A stretch of 63,997 nt of DNA, filler included, from Intoshia linei (lineage: Eukaryota > Animalia > Orthonectida), in NCBI GenBank assembly GCA_001642005.1. It is 8 parts of 8 records of this genome, joined end to end, with 100 filler letters (N's around TTAATTAATTAA, not from the genome) between each part and the next. Parts side by side here need not be neighbours in the genome. Positions count along the whole stretch, not along the records: positions 45,124 to 62,861 come from LWCA01000795.1; positions 62,962 to 63,997 come from LWCA01002838.1; 6 more parts are not named here. One strand, written 5' to 3'. A program made the position numbers and the translations under genes. The first letter of the stretch is position 1, and every line of letters starts with the position of its first letter. Positions 51,903-63,683 of this stretch are shown piece by piece. The notes beneath the pieces were generated by a model. That model was not told where the DNA came from, did no database searches, and was given only the letters and a program-made list of their open reading frames with translations.

Positions 51903-54900
51903 TTATTTTTTTTCTTGTGTGATTTTAGCCTTTCTTTTATTTTCATGTCTTAATTGAGCTTTGGCTTCTTGGCATCTTCTGTACACGTTAAATTGACGTT
52001 CTTTGTCGCTGATATCTTTGTATTCTACGGTAATTTCCTTTTTGGTTGAATCAACCGGCATGAAAACCTTACCCTTAAACAAACCTTCAGATGCACCAAT
52101 GTGCTAAATGATCATTATCGGCATATATATTAGGTAATTACCTCCATGATATATTGACGTTTCTTTCTCAACAACACTCGTTTTTTCTTTTGCTCAGCTG
52201 GTTTGTTTTTCAATAGTCTGCTCTTCTTTGGAAGTAAGATTAATTTAGATTTGTAAGCTTTAAGTTTTTCAAAGTTACGATGAATTGATTCAACGGATTT
52301 ATTTTTTCGTCGTTTGTCAACACTTATTCCAATCGTTGCGGCATATTTTGCAGAAATACCTGCTTCCTAAATATACGAAATAAATTAAATATAGTAAACT
52401 AAAACCAATTATGAAATATAATTGATGAGTACTTAATTTTTAAATTACATAATAAGTTCTGCAAGACTATCAGAAGTTTGTGTTCAAATCATGGCATCAG
52501 ATTGTAAAAAATTTTTAATTTAAACTTGACGAATTATTGTTATTTATGGAAATACAAACTTTATGGTTTGAACCGTTTTGTAAAACAAGTACATATAAGT
52601 AATCAATTAGAACGCTTTGCTGCAAAGATCGTTTTTTAAATAGTTAATAATATAAAGTAAACGAACCGGGAGATACACCACAACATAAAAATATTAAAAA
52701 CCACAAGCTAAAATCGCATTTTGCAAAGTCTCGTAATTATCGAATCTACTAAATTAAAAAAACTTATGAATTATTAGCTCATAACGCCATCCTTGAAAAA
52801 AGTTGATATGCATCGTAGGGAATTTTAAAAAAAATTAGAAAATATTTTGTTAATAAGACGTATAAATATTACATTTATGCCTGTATAAATGGTTTAATTT
52901 TGTATGTGGGTTGCATATGAATTAAATTTATATTTTTTAAATATAATTCAATTTTAAGATGTATTACAGTGGTTCTTAAACTTAAATCTCTACGAACCTG
53001 TATTTCTACAATTTCTTTAAAGTAAAATTTCTGTAAAAAAACTAAAAATTTAACAATAGTAATAAGGAAAAAAGCCAATTTCTAAAATTAGCTATAGCTA
53101 TAAAATTCACTAGCTCTAAAATTAAAAGATATTTTATTCTCGGTAAAAAAGTAAACCATGAATTATAGTCAAACCCAAAAATCAAAAATTGGACACCATT
53201 TTTTAGTAATCAATACATAACGTCATATAACTCAAGACTCCTCTTCACAGAATTGGTTTACATACAAAATAGTTTTTATATTTAATAATAAATTTCTTGA
53301 TTCCCGAAAATGTAGATTCGTCTTTGTCATCGATATTTATGGTTGTTAGTTTTCATTTTAATATTTTATAAATATAAAAAAAATTTTGTTAATATGTTTA
53401 AATTTGTTTTTGGCCAAAAACGGCGTATTTCTAATGGTGGATTTTGGGGTTTATATAAAATATTATGCATACCCAGGGGCCCGTAGACCTCAAGTGAAAA
53501 AATGGTGTATAGCAGTGCTTTTCAACCAGGGGGTCGCGAGAATTTGAAAATTTTATCAATACATTTATTTATTTTTGTATTGACAGTATTAATGTTACGG
53601 AAATATTTTTACATTTTGAAAATTTTTGGGTCGCGAACATCTTTTGTTTATAAGGGGATCGCAAACCAAAAAAAAGTTGAAAACCACTGGTGTATAAAAA
53701 TGGTACTAGAAGCCTTATAATGGGCTAGTATTCTAAATTAAAATAGAACGTTAGAAAGAATGTTAGTATGGTTGGAAACATTTTTTTTACTCAAACAGGG
53801 TAACCATGAAATAGCGGTTTGGCAACCACTGAATTAAAAAATTTATATAGAAAATAAACGAAATTTTTTTAATGTGTATATAGGACTTACGATTTTCATA
53901 TGACTGGGTCCGCTACCGCCAGACTACATAAATGTAATATTCACCGGTGAATCACCTATTCATTCAATTTTAGAAACAACCGTTAAACAGATAGTAATGC
54001 AAATCCAGTGGACCACATATAAATATTTTTTATCGGATTTCTAGTCTATAATTATATAATGAAGCTGTCTTTTTTCAACTGGGATCCGTGTATACCTGGG
54101 GTCCCTATAATTTTCCAGAGGGTTCGCGAAATATTTTATGGTTATAACGTATTCAAAACTCAATTTATGAATCGTTTCAAACACTTTATAAATTTTTAAA
54201 AATATCCAAACAAGATTTTACTATGATTTACGAGCATTTTTTAAAGATCCATTCTCTAAAAATTCCTTCAGAAATTATTTTTCTATGCAAGAGTACTAGA
54301 ACTTTACTTATTTAACCCCTTCTCTAGCAATATTATTAAATGATACACTTGCTACATTCAATTATAACGTTTGTATTAGTTCATTATTTCTTATACTAGG
54401 TTTTGCCGATAATTTTCAAATATGCAGCGAAAGTGCTTCGAATTATACCGAATTTTAATTTTTATGTTTTCTACCATCATATTTTTTAATTTTTAACATG
54501 GATTTCGATGAGAAACATTTTTCTAGTAAATGTATTAGTCGATCGTTGCTCGTTAAAAATTTTTAAATTCGATCGCATCAAAAAAAGGTTAGACACACTT
54601 GTACTATTACATTAGAAATAACGCCACCAGTAAAAAACGTTATAACGATTCCAAATTATTAAATCTTATTATTAGCGTTTTATTCTCAAAACCCATGTAC
54701 CAAACACAAATTAAAATACCGAAATGCGGTATAACCTTCAAAAGTGTAAGTAAATGTTTGAAATTTATCAAAAAGATACCTTTAACTCAACCAGTGAAAA
54801 TCCTCTTCCTTCTCGAATTCTTCTATTATGTCTTGATGTTTGACAATGAACAAATGGTCTAAGAAGACCACAAACAGGCCTAGGTGCATTAATTTCAGCT

Positions 54901-55025
54901 TTTTTAATCCTCAATGCTTGCCGTTTCTTTTTATTCTGTGGTGCATCAAAATGTGTTTTTATTCTATACGTGTAGTGTTTTCTGTAATGCGGTTTCGCTA
55001 TAATATTATTTCCACGAGGAGCCAT
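51903..55025 (-). CDS. RPL13: 60S ribosomal protein L13 (eL13)
   Basis: Exon 55025-54780 ([16 protein letters not shown]...RIKTHFDAP...[34 protein letters not shown]), exon 52367-~52142 ([46 protein letters not shown]), and exon ~52104-51903. Confidence 0.97.
53513..53689. mobile_element. hAT/Charlie-type MITE, 177 bp, in the RPL13 intron
   Basis: TIRs CAGTGCTTTTCAAC / GTTGAAAACCACTG and TSD GTGTATAG / GTGTATAA. Confidence 0.9.
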
Positions 55026-55163
55026 TTATAATCTAAACTAATTGAAATTAACACAAAAAAATAGTTACATGCTTTTATTTCAATTATCGTTATGGGTAAG
55101 TAAAGTTCGTTTTTTAAATATTTATAATTTCAAAATAAGTTTATAGTAATTTCGTAAATCATA

Positions 55164-55676
55164 ATGTTGACTGCCAAGGTCTTTAGGCTCGGAAGTACAC
55201 GTAATATTATTCAGATGGTTAAACCGAATAATAAAACACCGCACCCGTACGATAAAAGATTGCCTTTGAATCCACTTGATTTTGGAACAGATAAAGTGGG
55301 TGGTGGAAACAAAGAAATTATTAAGGAAGTCCAACAAATGTATGCTCCAGAATATCCAATTCGATCTAACAAGGACCAATTACCAAAGTTACTACAAAAT
55401 GAGCATACCCCTGAACATTTTCGGACACGACTAGAAAAGAAACAATACATCCCGAAGCACATGCGTGAATCAGAACAAACATACGAAACTCCAATCGTTA
55501 AAGAAATGGTTCCAGAATTTATTGTCCCAGACCTTTCTAGTTTCAGTTTAAAACCGTACGTTTCGTACAAGGTGGAAAGCGTTCAACAATGCGAAATTGA
55601 CGATAAATACCTTTTCAATGCTTGTTATTCCGATGAAATCAAATTGTACCTAAAAAACAATCCCATTAAATGCTAA
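55164..55676 (+). CDS. MRPL41: Mitochondrial ribosomal protein mL41
   Basis: Intronless 170-aa ORF with the diagnostic VKEMVPEFIVPDLSSFSLKPYVSY...LFNACYS and a basic, presequence-like N-terminus. Confidence 0.88.
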   Translation: MLTAKVFRLGSTRNIIQMVKPNNKTPHPYDKRLPLNPLDFGTDKVGGGNKEIIKEVQQMYAPEYPIRSNKDQLPKLLQNEHTPEHFRTRLEKKQYIPKHMRESEQTYETPIVKEMVPEFIVPDLSSFSLKPYVSYKVESVQQCEIDDKYLFNACYSDEIKLYLKNNPIKC

Positions 55677-55685
55677 AGTAACTAT

Positions 55686-56069
55686 TTATTTTTTAAATGC
55701 ATTTAGAACTCGCATCCGAGCTATAATTGAGTCGGAGGTTTTTTTCATTTTCCCGACTGGTTTTGGTTTTAATCGATTTTCTAATTTTATTTCACTGATT
55801 TTGTTCATTTTGTATTTTTTTAATTCAAGTTTTTTTTTTCCTTCCATTTCACGTTTCAATCGGTCTTGTTCAATTTTCGTTTGTTCCATTCTATATTTAT
55901 TTTCCTCTATTTCTCGTTTCACTCTTTCTTGTTCAACTTTTTGAAGTTGCAATATTTTAATAATTTCTTCGGATTGCTCTCCATATAATTTAAAAATGTG
56001 CAATATTGCTTTGTATTCTGCCTCTGGAAATTTATAATGGTTTGAATCCGTATGCCAACCTTTTTTCAT
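55686..56069 (-). CDS. Hypothetical coiled-coil protein, probable last exon(s)
   Basis: 127-aa ORF in very AT-rich DNA with a charged repeat (QKVEQERVKREIEENK / TKIEQDRLKREMEGKK). Upstream exons not resolved. Confidence 0.5.
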   Translation of the reverse strand: MKKGWHTDSNHYKFPEAEYKAILHIFKLYGEQSEEIIKILQLQKVEQERVKREIEENKYRMEQTKIEQDRLKREMEGKKKLELKKYKMNKISEIKLENRLKPKPVGKMKKTSDSIIARMRVLNAFKK

Positions 56070-57268
56070 GTTTATTAATTATCCTTTCGTCAGAACATAT
56101 TGTTTTTGCTAATTTCGATATTATTGATTTTGTCGAGTCTAGATTTTCATTTAAATTCATATTATAGTGCACCTAGCTTTTCGAAATGTAGATATTTGAC
56201 TACAATATAAAACTGTAGTTAAATTTATATACCTTTTGTCATAATCAGTATAATAAATGTTTTTGACAGATTTGTGTTTCACACATTAACAAATTTTCCC
56301 TTAGTCTCGAAGCATTAAAATCTTGATATTTATGAACTAGCAATTACAGGCTTTACTTTCAAATTGAAAGTTTCAATGCAGTTAACGTTAAATTAATTCA
56401 CACAAATATTTATGTAATGTCATATTGTTTACAGTTGCAGTCGCATTTAATTGAACAATGACAATGTTAAAACTAATTAATAATTGCAAATGATTTAATT
56501 TATAAATAGTATAATAAATTCATTTATGCTAAACGAATTACACATGGGACAGGATGGTCAAATTTAATCTATGCAGTAATTATTTGAAAATTGTTCTCGA
56601 CATATTTCTTTAGTGTTTTGTGCGATCCAAGACAATTATTTAAAAACTGTTGATAAGAACTAGATGTAAATCATATACACAGTACCTAACATACCCGATT
56701 CCGGCATCGATACAATTTTTGTAAAATAGTTGTCTCATTTGTCTAAACTGATAATAAAAAAATATATTCTTACTATCATTACTATTTTGTGTATTAAATT
56801 TAATATAAAGTGAAGAAACGTGGATAGGTGGCAAAGGACTATATGACATTACCCCGTTTCTAAAAAACATTTATATGGCCTAGTTTTCATTTTCGGTTGG
56901 CCTCGAGCTTGGTAGGATCGGATCTGATTATACCCATTCTAATTGTATATCAAGATTATAGCGTTCACGTTTTTTATTAGAAAAAACCATTTACAGTAGA
57001 GTCTACGGATCAGTTTCACTACCATTATCGATAAGAATATAATGATGAGTCTTTGGATTGTGCAAATTGTATTTTTAAGTAGGTTTTGATTGAATTGGTA
57101 TATTTTTTAGTTTAATATTTGGGTTGACCAGTCACTAACGATAAGCACTAATATTATGAAATGTCGACAGATTCAACAACGATTCGAAATATAATAGTTT
57201 CAGAAATATTATATAACCAATTTCAAAATAACTTTACTGTCAACTCCAAATTATCGACCATTTCAAAA

Positions 57269-57592
57269 ATGTCCACAAAACAAAGACTAAAAGACGGTCA
57301 CTCACAAAAAAAGCGTCAAAATATATTGGATGTATCAAAATTTATAAACAAAGAAATACGAGTTAAATTTATTGGAGGTCGAGAAGTTTCGGGAATATTA
57401 AAAGGACACGATAACCATTTCAACATAGTATTAGATTCTGGAACTGAACATTTAAGAGACCCAGACGACGCTTTTAAACTTTCAGACGACGTACGCGTAC
57501 TTGGATTGGTGGTTTGCCGTGGCACAACTATTACTCTCGTTTGTCCGGTAGACGGATCTGAAGCTATACAAAACCCATTCATGAAAGATTAA
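57269..57592 (+). CDS. LSM7: U6 snRNA-associated Sm-like protein LSm7
   Basis: KKRQNILDVSKFINKEIRVKFIGGREVSGILKGHDNHFNIVLD...LRDPDDAFKLSDDVRVLGLVVCRGTTITLVCPVDGSEAIQNPF. Intronless. The ATG at 57269 gives a canonical length; an in-frame ATG also exists at 57161. Confidence 0.96.
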   Translation: MSTKQRLKDGHSQKKRQNILDVSKFINKEIRVKFIGGREVSGILKGHDNHFNIVLDSGTEHLRDPDDAFKLSDDVRVLGLVVCRGTTITLVCPVDGSEAIQNPFMKD

Positions 57593-57605
57593 TGTAACGA
57601 TGTAT

Positions 57606-59730
57606 TTAATCTATATAAATATTATCATACTTTTCCATATCTTTTATGTGAGGTAATTCCTCAATAACGGTATCTTTAATATGATTAATAAAAAATATAT
57701 TTAAATGATTACTATAATATTTTTGTATAGCCATGAGAGATTCGAGTTCATAATCGGAATCAATTAGATTTAAAGCTATTCCCTTTTTGCCAAACCTACC
57801 TGTTCTTCCGATCCTGTGAAGATAGTCTTCTGGAGATGGTTTCTTGTCAGCTCCTCTAGGTATGGAGAAATTAATAACCAGTGTACAGTCTGGTATATCG
57901 ATTCCTAAATTGAACGTTTATAAGATTAAATAAAGTATGACATTCTGTTCTCTAAAATACATCTCTGGTATTGGGAATGTAGTGTTAGACTCATTTATGA
58001 AAAGTTTAATATGGAACGGTTATCAATCGAAATTTAAGTAAAACATAATTTTTTTGAAATTCCAAACCATATCAATGATAAAAAGGTGAGATATACATTG
58101 TAGCAATTTAGAAAATAATAAACAATTAGCGAAAATTTTAATATATTTTTTACTTTTCTTTTCAAACTTTAAAATCATGGAAATTTCAATGATCCTAGCT
58201 TAAACATGAAATTAGCGTTCCTAAAAATCATGCAATAAAATTTTTCCGAAAATCTAGTTCCTAAATGCTGATTTATGTTGGTTCACACACTAAAAAATGT
58301 TGAAAAAACACTATTTTAAAGCTAATCTGGATATACACAAATGGTGTAACACAATATAATGATGATAAATATGCTCTAAAAACTATAATATGTATTTCAG
58401 AGGGTACATAATCGGTTAATAGGCCTATTATTTATTGTATACAATTTTTTTATTGATTAGGATTGAAGTAAAGGAAAAAATGTGAAACTTGAACTAAATA
58501 TTTGGATCTTCATAATCCTTGAAAATAATTATGAAATACCTCTTGATGTTACATTAGTAGTAATCATAATTTTATATTTTCCACTGCGAAAATCTAATAT
58601 ACTTTTGTTTCTCTCGGTTATTTCCATTTCTCCCGAAAGAACACAAACACTAAATTCATGCTTCATGTAGTCATAAAGCTTATTAGTCAATATCCTGGTC
58701 TAAAAATTGTTAAAACTAAATGACATAATACAAATACCGGACAAAAAACTATGCATTGACCAACATCGAAACTTTTGTATATTGAGTAAATTCGTTCCAT
58801 TTTTGCTAATAAATCTTTTGGTGTTTTTATGTACACTTGTGATATATTTTTGAGGCATTGGTGTCGTAATTCAACTTGAAATAAAGCAGCGTTAGGAGCA
58901 AATGTTTTCGCAAATTCCATCACTTCCTCATCAAACGTTGCTGAAAAAAGTATTCGTTGAACGTCGGGGTTAACATAACTAAACTAAATTAGACAAACAA
59001 TTAACACACAACCTTGACAAGTCTATTGTTTGCTTTTTAAAACCATTTTCGTGGATCATTTTATCGGCTAACACAATTATAAATGTTTGCATACAAATTA
59101 CCTTCATCTAAGATGAATACAGATAATTGTGAAAAATCAACAGTTTTGAATACTTCTACCCACAACAATAAGGTACCTGGTGTACCCACTACAATGATGG
59201 GAACATTATCACTTTTTTTGACTGAAAATTACATGTACATTGTAAAGGTTAATTATTACGTCGTTGACCCCTCGTGGCGTTAGCAATTCGTTCCATCATG
59301 ACATTTTCTACAATGTCACTATAGAAATCCAATATTTGTTTGGCCAACTCATATGTTGGAAGAATAATGACTACCTAAAAATTAAAATTTTATTTTTTAT
59401 TAAAATAACTTGGGTTTCGTTTTTATTCATGTCCACTCTTAATAAAGTCGATATTGCTATGCATGTCGTTTTTCCAGTACCACTTCTAGATTGAGCAATG
59501 ATGTTATTGTGACTAAAAAATATCTATTTGAAAAATTAATAAAATTACGGTTCTTCAAGTATTTTTGGAAACGTCTTTGATTGAATTTCAGATAAAGCAA
59601 AAATTCCTTTTCGGTTAACTGCAGATAGTAATCGTACATCTCTAAAAATTATAGTTGATGTTTTATTACAAAATTACTTGATGTAATGTCTGAATTCTAC
59701 GTTTGTTATATAGTCACTTTCTGATTGCAT
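57606..59730 (-). CDS. DDX19: DEAD-box RNA helicase DDX19/DDX25 (Dbp5)-like
   Basis: Q motif [52 protein letters not shown] (split by a 34-nt intron), [32 protein letters not shown]...[27 protein letters not shown]. The start at 59730 is tentative. Confidence 0.92.
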
Positions 59731-61359
59731 TTTAAAATTTTTCTAAATTATAGTCAAAATCTTAATTTTACATAAATACCACTGTAAATATTCAGGTTAA
59801 CTTTAATTATTCCGCGTGCAAAACGGTTCAAAATATTTAAATTACTAATATTTTCGTTGATAAGAATACATAATATTAACACAATGGATTACATCAAAAA
59901 TCGGTAGTTAATAAGAAAGTATTAATCCCTACCAGGATATAAGACTAATAATTATTTGGATACGAGTAGATTAAAATTATACATTTTTTCAATACAATGC
60001 AATTTTTGCCTACATTGCAATGTATAAACAGATAAACATTTTGATAATTTGAGAAATTAAAGAGGTGAACGTTGTAAGACTAATGCAGACGTACTAATTT
60101 TATTAAATTAGACCACAGTTAATAAAATTTTTTCAAACGCCCAGTAGTAAAATTGAAACTAATCATTTTTAGTCTTCTCAAATTTTTTTTCAATGTAAAT
60201 CATTATTTTTAGACAATTTCATTTATTAATTATTTTTTTTTCATTTAATCTAATCAAAATGTATAATTTATTTATATAAAGAGGGTAAAGGTAAGAAGAT
60301 TTTATCAAATGTGCAAAAATAAACAAATATAAATGACATTTGCTTTTAAAATTATTTGTAATTCAATTTTATGTAATAAAATATGGCTCGTAGTGTCTAA
60401 GAGTTAATTATCTAAATAGAATGTGATAGAAAAAATGTTGAAAAATTTTATATATTTACTGTTTTTATTTTTATGATCAACAATGCAATTTCCAACGGTA
60501 ATTTTTAATTTTTACATAACCAACGATCGATTAATCAATGTATTGAAGTTCCATTTTTTTAAAAAAAATTATACGGGCCTACTGCTAGCTCTCCACGGTC
60601 TGCATATTGTAAACAGTGATAACAAACAATTTCAAAAGATTTTATATAAACATTTTTATGAAACATGTTTTGTTAAGGTACATAATAACGTAATAAGCCT
60701 TATTATTATAATGTTACAATTTCTAAATTTGTCTACAAGAGATTAGTCAATTGGTTACTGCAGAATCTTGACTATTTCCACAAATAAATGATTCAGTGCA
60801 CCCATTATGGTAAACTATGTTTTCAGTAATTAAAGTTAAGAATTACAAATAAATATTTTAGTGACATGACAAATTGGCATTTCCAATACATGATAATAAA
60901 TACTAAACAACGATAATATGTATTCATAATCTATTTGATAATTTTCAATTCTGAAATATAAAAAGTTTCCCACGTATATAAAATTGTATAAATATAAGTA
61001 TAAACATGTAAGGATTACTAAATTAACTCTAAATAATCATTTATAATGATAACAATTATAAACATAAAATACCTACTGATAATTGTAATATTTTTAAAAA
61101 AGTGCGAACGTTGATTTTAAATTGCCATATAAACCGATTAATAAATAATTTTTCAATTTAAAATGTTGGTTACAGTCATAATTTTTTAATTTTACATAAT
61201 TGTACTTTTAAGTATAACACTGAACAACACTGAAAAAATTTTAAAAATGTATCTCGTAGTTAAACAATTAATTAAAATTAATATTAATAATTGTCATTAT
61301 TGTAATTACATACAATTAAACTAATATATAAAGTTAATTCACTTTTAAATAAATGACCA

Positions 61360-62810
61360 TCCTTACTTACGGAATTTTGTACTTGAGAAAAATTCAGTCC
61401 GTTAATCAGGAATTGTTTTCCGTTAAATAGAAATTAACCTGCATGAAAAATTTATTCATATGTACACTTTTAAATGGGACATAATTATTTATATAATATG
61501 CTACGCGATTTTAGTATGTGTGTGTTCCACTTTATGTAAATAACTACCCGTCTTAGAATTTAAAAAATCCACAGTTGAATTACAGTTTTTTCCTGGAGTG
61601 TTCGCAAACTAAATTTCAACCTCCCAAACTCACATTTTACCGGTCAAAAACATCAATTGTTCTTTTTTTTAAAAATCAAACAAGTTGGAGAATTTAAAAA
61701 AATTTATAGGTAGTACAAATGTATCCTGTTAACATACACAAAAAATTTGAATCTGAATAAATGACGACATCACGGTAAAAAAGCATTTTAGTATTCATAT
61801 ATTTTTTTTCCAAAATATTTTATTAATACCAAAAATGTCAAATAATTAACGGTCTATAAATTAAAAAAAAATAATATTATTCTGATAGAGCTTATTACAG
61901 TTAATATAAATACAAAATTTCAACCCAACAAATCTACGCATTCTCGGTAAAAAATAATTTTTAAAATGTTATAAACGCATATTTTTCAAATATTTCGATT
62001 AAAATAAAGTGTAAATATTGATCCTACAATTTCATAAAAAATATGGATTGTACGTCTACACATTTCCAGTCAAGGCATATCGGTGAAAATTTATATAATA
62101 TATAATAATTCAAATCCTTCGGAATTTTTTTCATTGCTACGCAATTTTTAAATTTAAAATTTTCATTTCCTTAACATTTTGAACAACATCTACGGCAACG
62201 AACTTATAAAAGTTTTGATAGTAACTTAATTTGAAAATGATAAAAAGAACAGTAACATTCACAAGAAAAAAGGCCAAAAGTATGGACACATTTTTAACAT
62301 CAATCATTTATATATTATAATCCTTTGCAATAATGGTAAAATTAATTATTGATACACAATTGGTATTTTTAAGTATTTATTAAATTGGTTCTGAATATAT
62401 ATCATCACATTGAAAATGACAAAATAGATTTTTTATAATTTTATTTTGCTGGAATTTATGCTATTTATAACAATTTTTAGGATTGGACTGTTTTTACTTT
62501 ATTTTAATATTATACACACATTTTGTCTAATAAAATTGGACTGTTTTTACTTTATTTTTAATATTATACACACATTCTGTCTAATAAAATTAAAAAGTTT
62601 TAACTTTATTTTTAATATTATACACACATTCTGTCTAATAAATTAAAAAAATGGGATAATAATTGTTTATAAAATTTTTTACTATAATGTTAAAAAAAAT
62701 TAAGATAGAATAACTCACTTTAAAGTAATTAGTAATGTGATATGATGGTTCCACTTGAAAAAAATTTGGGAACCACTCTTTTAAAGGATTGATAATAGTT
62801 AATAGTTTAC
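61360..62810 (+). mobile_element. Helitron-like repeat, long copy
   Basis: A|TCCTTACTTA at 61360 is interrupted by about 120 bp, then TATATAATATGCTACGCG...GTGTGTGTT. Colinear with the reverse complement of 13440-15127. Contains an internal ~54-bp triplication at about 62480-62645. Confidence 0.8.
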
Positions 62811-62861
62811 ATAAAAAACTATTTCTTTGAAATGTATAAAAAATACATCAAATTAATTAAT

Positions 62862-62961
62862 NNNNNNNNNNNNNNNNNNNNNNNNNNNNNNNNNNNNNNN
62901 NNNNNTTAATTAATTAANNNNNNNNNNNNNNNNNNNNNNNNNNNNNNNNNNNNNNNNNNNN
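62862..62961. other. Artificial contig spacer
   Basis: 44N-TTAATTAATTAA-44N. Confidence 0.98.
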
Positions 62962-63217
62962 AAAAAGTATTGACAATTATACAAAATCCCCATTAAAACA
63001 TTACCCAGTGGGTACCCTTAAATACTGTCTAAAAAAAGTCTTAAAGTCTAACCGTCACAACAAAATCAATTTCTACCGTTAATTAATGATACAATTCGCT
63101 TACCGACCCTAAAATTGTAATTTGTTAAAATTTCCGATACTAAATCGATGTTATCATGTATTACATCCAACAAAGGCATTACATGCCAATAATAACATGA
63201 ATTTTTAGAATATTTAC

Positions 63218-63683
63218 CTTTTCAATGTCCATTTTTAGTTTTATTGATATTTTTAGACTTTCGTTGATTTTTTCACTATTAATTTTAGTTTTATCCAAAG
63301 ATTCAAGCAATGTTTTATTTTCCAATATATTACTATCAGATTCAGACAATTGCTAATTAAAAATAAATTACATAAACAATTAAAAAATTATAACAATACC
63401 TGTAATAATTTTATTTCCATACTATATAATTCGATTTTAAGTTTTTCTTCACTTTTAATCAATTCATCACGTTTTGATTCGAGATGAGATTTTTCATATT
63501 GAATAGTAATACTTAATAATTTTGATTCTAGAGCATTTTTGCTTGTCGAAAAATTGACAATATTCAAATAATCACATAAATTTGTTTCTATTTTTAATGA
63601 TGCGTCACGGCTAGTCAAAATCATTTTAAATGATTCATTGTAATCTATTAATTTTTCACCCATTTTAATGTTTTTTATTGTAC
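63218..63683 (-). CDS. DYNC2H1: Cytoplasmic dynein-2 heavy chain, internal exons (AAA5/buttress region)
   Basis: IKMGEKLIDYNESFKMILTSRD...VNFSTSKNALESKLLSITIQYEKSHLESKRDELIKSEEKLKIELYSMEIKLLQ|QLSESDSNILENKTLLESLDKTK; pattern closest to dynein-2 (IGDKIIDYNEEF...TIQHEKPDLE...GNILENKDLIESL). Confidence 0.88.

Noticed and set aside
52470-52500. GTTCAAATC B-box-like motif suggesting a tRNA or SINE
   Set aside because: No cloverleaf or A-box could be formed.
57161-57268. 36-aa N-terminal extension of LSM7
   Set aside because: The second ATG (57269, AAAAATG context) gives a normal-length LSm7. The extension is unsupported without transcript data.
50391-57582. Antisense ORFs overlapping innexin (50391-50753), RPL13 (54840-55031), MRPL41 (55211-55570, 55122-55379) and LSM7 (57316-57582)
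   Set aside because: These are shadow ORFs of real coding sequence with no recognisable motifs.
59880-60830. Possible + strand gene divergent from DDX19, or downstream DYNC2H1 exons
   Set aside because: No consistent reading frame across the candidate splice sites and no dynein AAA6 or C-terminal motifs were visible.
62446-62646. ORF with a triple [10 protein letters not shown] repeat
   Set aside because: It is a translation of a ~54-bp tandem triplication inside the non-coding Helitron-like repeat.
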